Of a stretch of DNA of 61,996 bases, positions 49,686 to 60,000 are shown in pieces. Below the pieces are notes generated by a model. That model did not search any database, was not told where the DNA came from, and was given only the letters and a program-made list of their open reading frames with translations. This DNA comes from a virus (lineage: Duplodnaviria > Heunggongvirae > Uroviricota > Caudoviricetes), in IMG/VR virus record IMGVR_UViG_3300029705_000040, positions 102,209-164,204 of that record; one strand, given 5' to 3'. The position numbers and the translations under genes were made by a program. The first letter of the stretch is position 1. Each line of letters starts with the position of its first letter.

Positions 49686-50783
49686 ATGGCTGAAAATATT
49701 GTTACTCGTGTTCCATTGATCGGCGTTTTAACACCTGCTGATATGTGTGGATATGTAGTTGAGAGTAAGTATATCCAGGGTAGTTATATAGTTGTACAAA
49801 CTATCGCTGAAAGAAATGCTCTAACTTCTAAAGCCACATATGAATACAATAATGTTCTGCAAAATGGTAGTCCTGTTTATGTTGCAGAAGAAAAGAAAAC
49901 TTACAGATATGAACTTACTGATAGAGGTCCTATGTGGGTTCTCGATACAGTAGATCTTACAGCTATTGATAAAGAGCTTAAAGAATTAGTAGCTACTGAT
50001 ACCGCATTAAGCGAAGAATTAGAAGATTTTAAATAGGTTGTAACTTTAAGCCTTAATAGTAAAGCAGATAAATCAGAATTAGCTAATTATGCTACAAAAG
50101 CTGATGTAACTGCTGCTGTTTCAGTTAAAGCAGATGATGTACTTTTCACTGATACTTATTTTGTAACAAAAGCAATTGGCAATTTTGTAGGTGATGGTAC
50201 TGAAAGCTTGCAAGGAATGACTATCAGAGAAATTTTTGTTAAGATGTTAGGTGCAACATTGAAAGTAGTTTATGATTCTATAACAGATCAAATTATAGCA
50301 GAAGAATTACCTGTTTATTCTATTGATGCTGATGGTAATGTTACAGCTACACCTTATACTTATATTGAAATAGCTGCTGGCTCAGAAGTTGCTGGCGAAA
50401 TTGTTAAACCTACTCAAAGTGGTTTCTATCAAATTAAAGATTCTAGTGGTAACGTTATTGAATCCGGCTATCAGGAAGTGAGTGATGTTAATTTGAACCA
50501 TGTTTATCATATTGCTTTTCCAGAAGCTGTAGATTTTAATGTCTCAGGTAGAGTTGACGAATATGACGAGCTTGGTAAAAAATACAGCACAGTATGGGAT
50601 GTTTCGACTGGAACTAAATTAATAACACTTACTGATGATTTGACTGTAATAGAAAGTCTTTATGATACGCAATATTATGCTGAGATCAAAGCAGAAGAAG
50701 ATGCGCTTCCTGGCTATAACATGTGGTTAATCGATCCAAATACTATGTCGCCAGGTAAAATATATAGATTTATTATAGAATAA
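49686..50783 (+). CDS. Putative tail-fibre-associated protein (1 TAG)
   Basis: TAG 50034 joins ORF-track 49686 and 50208; SKADKSELANYATKAD fibre-type segment. Confidence 0.75.
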
Positions 50784-50796
50784 GGAGAATTGATAA

Positions 50797-51561
50797 ATGG
50801 CTTTATTAACTGGAAGTCAATATATCCACAGCGGTCTAGGTCCATTTGATGGTAAGATGCTCACAGATAGCTATGATAAATTATTGATAGCAGATACGTT
50901 CCATGGTTATGCTTACAACGGTATGCTTGTAGCTGTTGCTAATCGAGTTGATACTTCTAACAATGGTATTTATTATTTTTATGATAGTAAATGGAATGGT
51001 AGAGGTGCTCCCGATGTAACACTTACTAATAATTGGCATAAATTAGGAACTTTAGCTGAAATCAATGCTATAGCTGATAGAGTATCAGCATTAGAAGCTG
51101 GTGGAACTGGTTCTGGCGTAGATGAAACTGCAGTAAATGCGCTTATAGATGCTAGAATAGACGCATTAAAAGCTGAAATTGCACAAGCTGGCTACTTAAC
51201 TGAAGCTGATTTAGAAGGCTATGCAACTGAAACTTTTGTAACAAATAAAATAGCTGAAGCTCAACTAGCTGGGGAAGAAGTTGACTTAAGTGGTTATGCT
51301 ACAAAAGATGACTTAAATGATTATGCTAAAACAGCAGATATTGAAGCAAATTATGCTACAAAAAATGATGTAGATGCTTCTAAAATAATTAACATCAGCT
51401 CTATGTTACCAAATGTTGGAGAAGTTGGATATTTTTATATAAATGAAACAGATGGTAAAACTTATATTTGGGATGTTGAAAATAGTAAAATGGTAAATTT
51501 TGGAATACATTCCGTAAAAGTAATAGATGGCGGCGATGCAAATTCTGTATATGGCGCCTGA
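50797..51561 (+). CDS. Tail-fibre-like protein
   Basis: DLSGYATK-type repeats; C-terminal VIDGGDA. Confidence 0.7.
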   Translation: MALLTGSQYIHSGLGPFDGKMLTDSYDKLLIADTFHGYAYNGMLVAVANRVDTSNNGIYYFYDSKWNGRGAPDVTLTNNWHKLGTLAEINAIADRVSALEAGGTGSGVDETAVNALIDARIDALKAEIAQAGYLTEADLEGYATETFVTNKIAEAQLAGEEVDLSGYATKDDLNDYAKTADIEANYATKNDVDASKIINISSMLPNVGEVGYFYINETDGKTYIWDVENSKMVNFGIHSVKVIDGGDANSVYGA

Positions 51562-51596
51562 TAATATTTGACTAATAAATTATAGGAGATTTATAG

Positions 51597-52883
51597 ATGG
51601 CAGAAGTAAAAACTAAAATTCTTTTAAGAAATGATATTTCAGCAAATTGGGCTACAGTTAACCCTGTTTTAGGAAAGGGTGAAATGGGTGTAGAAATCGA
51701 CACAGGTAAGTTTAAGTTCGGTGATAATGCAACTGAATGGAATCAACTTAATTATGCTGTTGATTTATCTACTATCAATTTGGGTTCTGTAACTAACCAT
51801 TATAGAGAAGCTGAATCAGCAGCTGCTCTTCCAACAACTGGTAATACTGTAGGCGATATCGGTGTTGTTAGAACAACTATTGCGGGTGATGCTAAATCTG
51901 TAACCACTTATGTTTGGGATGGTGAAAATTGGAAAGCAACTGATGGTAACTACAACGCAGAAAATGTCTACTTTGATGAAGATATGATGGTAACCAAAGA
52001 AGTTGGTTACATTACTCTTACTGGTGGTAAGGGTACAATTCCTTCAACTGGTAAAAACCTCAAAGAAGTATTCGAAGCAATTTGGGTTAAAGAAGCAGAT
52101 CCAACAAAAACAGATCCTTCTGTTACAGTATCTTTATCTGCAACCGATGGTAAAGAAGTTGGTACAACCTTAACTGGTCTTTCTTATACAGCAACATACA
52201 GCGATGGTAATTATGAATTTGGTCCTGACCCCACTGGTGCAGATATTACTAAATGGGAAATTACATCTACTGCTGGATATAGCAATACTGTAGAGCCTAC
52301 TGAAGGAAATACAACTGTTGCTTCTAGTTTAAATAATGTTGCTTTAGCTGATTTACTCGTAGAAGATAGTACTAACTTTACAGTAAGTGCAAAAGCTACA
52401 CATACTGGCGGTGATGTTCCTAAAACTAATAAGGGTAATGATTGCGCTGATACAACTAAACAAATCGTAGAAGGTACAAAAACTGGTAAGTCAAGTGCTA
52501 TCACTGGTTGGAGAAGAATGTTTATGGGTCCTGTGGCTAAAGACGCTGCTGTAGATTCTGCTCTTATCTGGGGAATTAATAGCGTAGCTAGTGCTAACAG
52601 AATTTCTGCGCAAGTAAGTACCTCTGCTCAAACTTTTACAGCTCCTGCTGGTACTGAAAAACTTCTTTTAGCTTTCCCTGCAAAATACACTGTTGGTAAG
52701 CAAGAATATTTCACAATGTCATGGGAAACTATTACAGACTTCGTAAAAGTATCTGATGCAATTAAAGTTGCTGATAAACGTGGTGGTGATAATGGTCTTG
52801 CCGATTACGAAGTTTGGGCTTACACACCTGCTGGTCCTTTGAAAGCAGACACCCAATTTAGAATTACATTAAAGAATGGTTAA
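51597..52883 (+). CDS. Tail-fibre-like protein with Mtd/hyaluronidase-type N-terminal anchor
   Basis: ILLRNDISANWATVNPVLGKGEMGVEIDTGKFKFGD. Confidence 0.8.
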   Translation: MAEVKTKILLRNDISANWATVNPVLGKGEMGVEIDTGKFKFGDNATEWNQLNYAVDLSTINLGSVTNHYREAESAAALPTTGNTVGDIGVVRTTIAGDAKSVTTYVWDGENWKATDGNYNAENVYFDEDMMVTKEVGYITLTGGKGTIPSTGKNLKEVFEAIWVKEADPTKTDPSVTVSLSATDGKEVGTTLTGLSYTATYSDGNYEFGPDPTGADITKWEITSTAGYSNTVEPTEGNTTVASSLNNVALADLLVEDSTNFTVSAKATHTGGDVPKTNKGNDCADTTKQIVEGTKTGKSSAITGWRRMFMGPVAKDAAVDSALIWGINSVASANRISAQVSTSAQTFTAPAGTEKLLLAFPAKYTVGKQEYFTMSWETITDFVKVSDAIKVADKRGGDNGLADYEVWAYTPAGPLKADTQFRITLKNG

Positions 52884-52900
52884 TAAGAGGAGTATAACGA

Positions 52901-54865
52901 ATGGCACAAAAATTTGGTAATTTAGGAAGTTATGTTCCTGGAGAAGATGAAATCATAAAAACAGCTGACCTTATGACCTTCGGTAAATCTTTTGCTAGAT
53001 CTAATGGTCAACCTCTTGATGAATCAGAAGTTTGGTATGATCTTGAAGCTCTTGAAGCTTATGCGTTAACAAACTCTGCTTATGTAGGTCAAAAAGTTGT
53101 TTATATCGACCTTGAAAATGCTAAAGTATACCAATACAGCATTGAGCTTGATGGTACACTTAAAGAAATTGGTACTGCACCTGTTGGTGATGGTAATACT
53201 GTTACTGAAGTTGCAGCTAAAGATAACACAATAGCTGTAGAATCTACTCAAACAAAAGATGGAGATGGTGCAGTTACAAATATTAAATATGACGTAGCTG
53301 TAAAAGTTTCTGCAGAAGAAGGTAACGCTGTTTCTGTTAAAGAAGATGGCTTATATGTTGCTACTCCAGAAGCTTATGATGATACTGATGTTAAAGCTAG
53401 TATAAAAGCAAATGCTGATGCTATTGATGCAGTAGATGCTAGAGTAGATACAACTAATGGAAATGTAACTGCTATTGATGGTAGATTACAAACAGCAGAA
53501 GGTGAAATAGATGCATTGCAAGAACAAATTAAAGGTTTATCTGGCGCAATGCATTTCATCGGTACAGAAGATGCAGTTCCAGAAGATGTAACTGGTTATA
53601 AATCTGGTGATGTTATCGCTGTTGGTGATAAAGAATATGTATTTAATGGTACTGCATTTGTTGAGTTTGGTGATATTAGCGCTGAAGGCGAGAGATTAAC
53701 TCAAGCAGAAGAAGATATCGATGCTATAGAAGCTGATATTTCTACTATTAACGAAAATCTTGCTAAGAAAGCTGATGCTACTCAAGTTTCTGCTGATATT
53801 AGTACAGCTAAGCAAGCAGCTATCGATGCAGCTGCAACTGATGCAACTACTAAAGCTAACACAGCAGAACAAAATGCTAAAGATTATGCAGATGCTGAGT
53901 TAAAGAAAGTTTCTGATGCTCATGGTGAAGATATCGCAGAATTAAATACTGCTATCGAAACTGCTGCAACAAATGCAGCTACTGATGCTACAACTAAGGC
54001 TAATGCAGCTCAAGCAGCAGCAGAAGCAACTGCAGCTAGCGCTTTAAGCGAAGCTAAGACTGAACTTCAAGGTAGTATTACAGCTGTTGATAATAAATTC
54101 GCTGATTACACCAAAACAGTTGATTTGGTAGCAGAACATGAAGCATTAGATGCTGATATTAAAGCTAACACAGCTAAATTCGCTGACTATTACACAAAAA
54201 CAGAAGTTGATACTACTGTAAGTGGAATCAATACTGAAGTTGGTAAGAAAGCTGACCAAACTGCTTTAGATGCTGTAGAAGGTAAAGTAGATGCTCTTGC
54301 TCAAATTAAGAGCGTAGAAGAAAGTGAGTTTAACATCACTGAAGCTGGTAAGTTAGAGGTTAAAGAAGTAGCTCAAGCTAAAGTTACTGGTTTAACTACT
54401 GCTTTAGCTGGTAAAGTAGATAAAGTTGATGGTTACGGTTTATTAGCTGACAGTGATAAAGCTAAGTTAGATAAATTAACTTTAAGCGGTGATGACCTTA
54501 CAATTTCGGGTAGTGTTGAAGCTGGTAGCGTTAATAACCTTGATATATGGATTACTGGTAACAGAGATAGTTTTGCTGGCTTATTCTCAACTAGCAACCA
54601 AACTAAACTTGAAGGAATCGCTGATGGCGCTCAAGTTAACGTAATCGAACAGGTTAACCTTGCTGGTACTAAACTTGAAGTAAACAATAAAGTAGTTAAC
54701 ATAAATTATGGTACTGCAGACCTTGCTGGTGTTGTTAAATCAGCTACTGATATGAACACTGTAGCTATTAAATCTGATGGCACTATGGAAGTTAACAATA
54801 TTTCTGTTGAAAAACTTGTTGTTCCTGAAGGTACTACTTTCATTCTTAACGGTGGTAACGCTTAA
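52901..54865 (+). CDS. Long tail-fibre-like protein, Ala-rich coiled coil
   Basis: SFARSNGQPLD N-terminus; AATDATTKAN repeats; C-terminal ILNGGNA. Confidence 0.8.
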   Translation: MAQKFGNLGSYVPGEDEIIKTADLMTFGKSFARSNGQPLDESEVWYDLEALEAYALTNSAYVGQKVVYIDLENAKVYQYSIELDGTLKEIGTAPVGDGNTVTEVAAKDNTIAVESTQTKDGDGAVTNIKYDVAVKVSAEEGNAVSVKEDGLYVATPEAYDDTDVKASIKANADAIDAVDARVDTTNGNVTAIDGRLQTAEGEIDALQEQIKGLSGAMHFIGTEDAVPEDVTGYKSGDVIAVGDKEYVFNGTAFVEFGDISAEGERLTQAEEDIDAIEADISTINENLAKKADATQVSADISTAKQAAIDAAATDATTKANTAEQNAKDYADAELKKVSDAHGEDIAELNTAIETAATNAATDATTKANAAQAAAEATAASALSEAKTELQGSITAVDNKFADYTKTVDLVAEHEALDADIKANTAKFADYYTKTEVDTTVSGINTEVGKKADQTALDAVEGKVDALAQIKSVEESEFNITEAGKLEVKEVAQAKVTGLTTALAGKVDKVDGYGLLADSDKAKLDKLTLSGDDLTISGSVEAGSVNNLDIWITGNRDSFAGLFSTSNQTKLEGIADGAQVNVIEQVNLAGTKLEVNNKVVNINYGTADLAGVVKSATDMNTVAIKSDGTMEVNNISVEKLVVPEGTTFILNGGNA

Positions 54866-54881
54866 TAAGGTAATTAAAAAT

Positions 54882-54912
54882 ATGGTAGCGCTACAGTTTT
54901 TAGCGCTACCAT
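54882..54912. terminator. Strong intergenic hairpin
   Basis: ATGGTAGCGCTA/TAGCGCTACCAT. Confidence 0.6.
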
Positions 54913-54953
54913 AAAAACTATACATATATTATAACTAATAAAGGATTAATTTT

Positions 54954-56903
54954 ATGGCTACTGAAAAAACTATTTTCACAAGAATTATAAACAAAAACGA
55001 TTCACTTGCTAACTGGACTACAAATGATCCTGTTTTAAAGCAAGGTGAAATCGCTCTTGCATATATCGAAATTACTACTGCTGGCGGTGATATTGTTCCT
55101 ACTTATTTGATGAAAGTAGGTCATGGTAACAAAAAATTCAGTGAATTAAAGTGGGTTGCTGCTCCTGCATCAGATGTTTATGCATGGGCTAAATCTGAAC
55201 ATTTAAGTGATGTAACTGAATTCTCAAGCTTAAGCTCAACTGTTAGCACTCAAGGTGGTGATATTTCCACATTAAAAACTGATGTAGCTAACATCAAACA
55301 ATTAACTGGTACAACTGGTGTAGCTGCTCAAATTACTGCAGCTATCGAAGCTTTAGATGTAACTGATACAGCAGTAACAGGTCAGTTTGTAACAGCTGTT
55401 AGCGAAGCTGATGGTAAAATTACTGTTACTAGAGCAGCTCTTAAAGCTTCTGATATTCCTACAATTACTTCTGGTAAAATTTCTGATTTCACAGCAGCTG
55501 TTCAAGATTTAATCGATGCTGAAAGAGCTCAAATTGATACTGCTATTTCAGGCGCTAAAACAGAAGTAACTAATGCTTATACAGCTGCTGATACAGCTCT
55601 TAAAACTGAGCTTAGCACAGAAATTGCAAAAAAATATGTAAAACCTTCCACCGGTATTGCTAAGACAGATTTAGCTAGTGGGGTTCAAGCATCTTTAGAT
55701 CTTGCTGACAGCGCTCTTCAAGCTGCTGATTTAGCTGATTATGCTAAAACTGCTGATGTAGAATCTGACATTGCTGCTGCTAAAACAGAAGCTCAAAACG
55801 CTGTAATTGGTGCTAGCACAAATGCTTCTAGCGCAGATACTGTTTATGGTGCAAAGAAATATGCAGAAGAAAAAGCTAATGCTGCACAAAGTGCTGCAAC
55901 TACTGCAGCTGCTACAGACGCAACTACTAAAGCTAATAAAGCTTTAACAGACGCTAAAGCATATACTGGTACTAGAGAAGCTGCTATTACTACTGCTTAT
56001 GAAGCTTATGCTGATGAAGCTGAAGCTGCTGCAAACGATTACACTGACACTAAATTAGAGGCTTACTCAACTAAAGATGTTGCTGATGGCTTATATGATG
56101 CTAAAGGTGCTGCTGCAGCTGCTGAACAAGCTGCTAAAGATTATGCAGATGACTTAAAAGACTCAATTTTAGGTGAAGGTATTTCTAAAACTTTCGACAC
56201 ATTAAAAGAAATCCAAACATGGATTGAGGGTGATGGTGTTAACGCTACAGAATTATCACAAGCTATTGCTGCTGAAACTTCTGCAAGAGAATCTGCTGAT
56301 GCTGCTTTACAAAAAGCTATTGATGGTCTTGAAGGCACAAACCATACTCACAGTAATAAAGCATTATTAGATACTTATACCCAAACAGAAGTTGATTTAG
56401 CTGATGCTGTAAGTAAGAAACATAGTCACAGCAATAAAACTGTACTTGATGGAATTACTGCTGCAAAAGTAACTGCATGGGATGCTGCTGAACAAAATGC
56501 TAAAACTTACGCTGAAGAAAAAGCTTCTGCTGCACAAACTGCTGCTGAAGGTACAGCTAAATCTTATGCTGATGGCTTAATTGCTGACTTAGATGTAACT
56601 GTTACTGGAATGGGTGCTGGTAAAACTATCGCAACCTTAACAGAAGCTAATGGTAAGATTGCTGCTACTTTCCAGGATATTAAGATTACTAAATCTCAAG
56701 TAACTGATTTTGGTAGTTATGATGCAGCTGGTACTGCTCAAACAAAAGCAGATGCTGCATTAGCTAGTGCTAAAACTTATACTAATACAGAAGTTAATAA
56801 AGTTAAATCTACTGTATCTGGTTTAACTATGGATGATATTGGATCAGGTACTAACGCTGTTGTATGGGTATTTGATTGCGGTACATCTACTACAGTTATG
56901 TAA
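54954..56903 (+). CDS. Long tail-fibre-like protein with N-terminal anchor and HxH motifs
   Basis: NWTTNDPVLKQGEIAL...MKVGHG; HTHSNK/HSHSNK; C-terminal VFDCGTS. Confidence 0.8.
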   Translation: MATEKTIFTRIINKNDSLANWTTNDPVLKQGEIALAYIEITTAGGDIVPTYLMKVGHGNKKFSELKWVAAPASDVYAWAKSEHLSDVTEFSSLSSTVSTQGGDISTLKTDVANIKQLTGTTGVAAQITAAIEALDVTDTAVTGQFVTAVSEADGKITVTRAALKASDIPTITSGKISDFTAAVQDLIDAERAQIDTAISGAKTEVTNAYTAADTALKTELSTEIAKKYVKPSTGIAKTDLASGVQASLDLADSALQAADLADYAKTADVESDIAAAKTEAQNAVIGASTNASSADTVYGAKKYAEEKANAAQSAATTAAATDATTKANKALTDAKAYTGTREAAITTAYEAYADEAEAAANDYTDTKLEAYSTKDVADGLYDAKGAAAAAEQAAKDYADDLKDSILGEGISKTFDTLKEIQTWIEGDGVNATELSQAIAAETSARESADAALQKAIDGLEGTNHTHSNKALLDTYTQTEVDLADAVSKKHSHSNKTVLDGITAAKVTAWDAAEQNAKTYAEEKASAAQTAAEGTAKSYADGLIADLDVTVTGMGAGKTIATLTEANGKIAATFQDIKITKSQVTDFGSYDAAGTAQTKADAALASAKTYTNTEVNKVKSTVSGLTMDDIGSGTNAVVWVFDCGTSTTVM

Positions 56904-56941
56904 TAAATAAAACTGTATAAATAATAAAAGAAAGCCTTATT

Positions 56942-56980
56942 TAGAGAGGAGGAACTCAAACTTCCTCCTCTCTATTTTAA
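56942..56980 (+). terminator. Intrinsic terminator
   Basis: TAGAGAGGAGGAA/TTCCTCCTCTCTA followed by TTTT. Confidence 0.75.
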
Positions 56981-57000
56981 TTTAAGAAGGGGTAACTCAC

Positions 57001-60000
57001 ATGCCTAAAATTATAACACAACATAGACGTGGAACAACTGAAGAATGGTTAGCCTCTGATGTAAAACCAAAAGCTGGTGAGCTCGTTATTGAAGAAACTG
57101 ATCAGTGTATATCTAGAACAATTATAGATACTGAAACATCAGCTGAAACAACTGTAGATACTTAGGTTATCAAGGTTAAAATCGGTGATGGGGAACATTA
57201 TTTCGCAGACCTTCCATATGTAACTTCGCAATCAGATAAAAATATCGAGCTTTTAACAAAAGAAATAAATGATATAATTAAAGCTGATACTGAGAATTCT
57301 GATAACACATATCATGCTAGCGAACTTAAAGATATAAGAATCGGTTATGATGGTATCGAACATGATACTGCTGGTGATGCTGTTAGAGCTATTGGCGAAG
57401 ATGTTTCAAGCTTGAGAGGTAGCTTACAAAAATTTATAAATGCTGATGCGGTTGATGGGTTATTCTACGAAGACAGCAAGCTGTATTTGACAGCTGATGG
57501 CGTAATCGTATCGGATCCAGTAACTATTGTTGGAGGCTCTGGCGGAGGTGGTGGAACATCTAGCTCAATAAATATAAAATTAAAGAGCTTAAATGATTCT
57601 AATACATTCTCAGTAACAGAAGATAGTGCTGTAAATTTGAAATTTAATTTTATATCTGAAGAAGATGGCGAATCTACAGGCGAAGGTACTTGTATAATCA
57701 TGGTAAATGGCTTACAGAAGAAACGCTATTCTATACCTCAGGGCGATAATACTTTAGATGTAACTAGTTATCTAGCACCAGGTGATAACTCAATTAAAAT
57801 AACCTGCTCAGATATCTATGGTAATTCTAGAACTTTAGTATACTCAATAACTGTAATTGAGTTAGAATTATCTTCTACATTTAACCCTTATGTTCCTTAT
57901 AGTTCAGATATAGATTTTAGATATAAAGCTGTTGGTCTAGTAACTAAAACAGTGCATTTTGAAATAGATGGAACTGCAGTTGGAAAAGCTACATTATCAG
58001 AAAGTTCTTCTGGTAAAGAAACAAAACAGGTAATTTCTGTAGCAAACTTATCTCATGGTGTACATAGATTAGATGTTTATGCTACAGCTGACCTTGATGG
58101 GTCTCCAGTAGAAAGTAATCATTTAATTTACGATGTGCTAATAACAGTAGATCAAGAAACAGCTCCTATGATAGCATCTATTTATGAAACAAAACAGATA
58201 AATGAGGGTGATATGGTATCTATTCCATACCTCGTTTATGATCCAAATGATGCTATCTGCAATGTAACTCTAGAAATAACTTATATAGAAAACGGTGAAA
58301 CAAAACTCTATAGTTCAAAAAATGTAGAAGTAGATCAATCTCTACAAACCTGGGCTACTAGAGATTATCCAGCTAAAAATTCTGTAATCTTTTCTATTAA
58401 ATACGAAAATTTAGTAAAGAGTCATACTGTAAAAGTTGTTGAAAGTAATATTAAAGTTTCTGCTGAAGAAGGTGCTTCCTTATTCTTAAGCGCTAAGGGT
58501 AGAAGCAATAATGAAGCTAATCCGAATGTTTGGGAATACACTAACCCAGAAACTAATAACACTATAACTACAGATTTCAATGATTTTAACTGGTCATCAA
58601 ACGGCTGGGTTTTAGATGATAATAAAGACACTTGCTTAAGAATAAATGGTGGTGCTACTGCTGTTGTTAATTTAAGTCCTTTTGCAAATCTAGATGATCA
58701 ACTTAATATTTATGGTAAAACAATTGAGTTTGAATTTGCAGTTAGAGATGTTAATGACCGTGAAACTGTAATTATAGATTGCTCTACAACTAAAGATGTT
58801 ACTTATGATAAGACTGAAGAAGATGCAGAAGGTAACAAAACTACTACAACTGTAACAGAAAAGCGAACAATTGGTATAAAAGCTACAGCAGATACTGCTA
58901 TGCTAGGTACAGCTTTAGATCAAGTAACTTGCAATTACAGAGAAAGTAAAAAAGATGATCTTGAAAAAATAAGAATATCTTTTGTAATTGATAGTAAAGT
59001 TGCTGGTTCAGATAGATTTATCTATTCTTATTTAAATGGTGTTTTATCTAGCGTATTTAGATATACTGAGCAAGATAGCTTTAACTCAAATACAGCTATA
59101 AAGCTCGGTGACGTTGGTTGTACTTTAGATTTATATACTATTCGAGTATATAACAAAGCTTTAACTGCTAAAGAAATACTTAATAACTATATAGCAGATA
59201 CTACAGATATCGGTACTAAACTTGAGGTTTATGCTGATAATGATATATATGATAAATATGGAAATCTTTCTTATGAAAAATTAAAAGGAAAGATACCTAC
59301 TATCACCTTTATCGGAAAAATGCCTGCATATAAAGGTGATAAGAGAATCGTTAAGATGGATTTTGAAAATCCGTTTGATAAGTCTAAAAATTTCAGTAAT
59401 GTGTATGGTGGACCTATTGATGTGCAAATTGATGTTCAAGGTACATCTTCGCAATATTATGTTCGTAAAAACTGGAAAATAAAACTTGGTTACGATTCTG
59501 AGGGTAATAAGGTTAAAAATTTCCCTGCTTATCAACACATGGACAACGAATTACCAGCTAAAGTATTCTGTATCAAAGTAGACTATGCAGAAGGTACTGG
59601 TACTCATAACACCCAAAACGCTAACTTTGTAGAAACTTTATATTATAATAAAATACCTGCTCAATATGATACACCTGAAGTGCGTACAACAATCACAGGT
59701 TTCCCTTGCGTAATATTTGAGAGAGCTGATTTCGATAGCGAGCCTGTTTTCTCTTCTAAAGGTAATTTTAACTTCGATAAGGGTGCAGAAGACGCATTTG
59801 GCTTTAATAGTGATTATGATGTAGAATGCTGGGAATTCTGTAACAATACATCTAAACCATGTAATTTCTTAGGTGAAATTGATTCTTCTAAAAATTGGTT
59901 AGATGATTTCGAGCCTAGATACACACCATATGATTTTGATAGACTCGAAGAATTAGAAGATTTGCAAGAAGAAGCAAGTAAAGAAAATGCTACTGCTGTT

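Noticed and set aside
53820-55940. AATDATTKAN repeats as a DNA-level repeat element
   Set aside because: The copies differ at synonymous sites and are explained by coiled-coil fibre protein repeats
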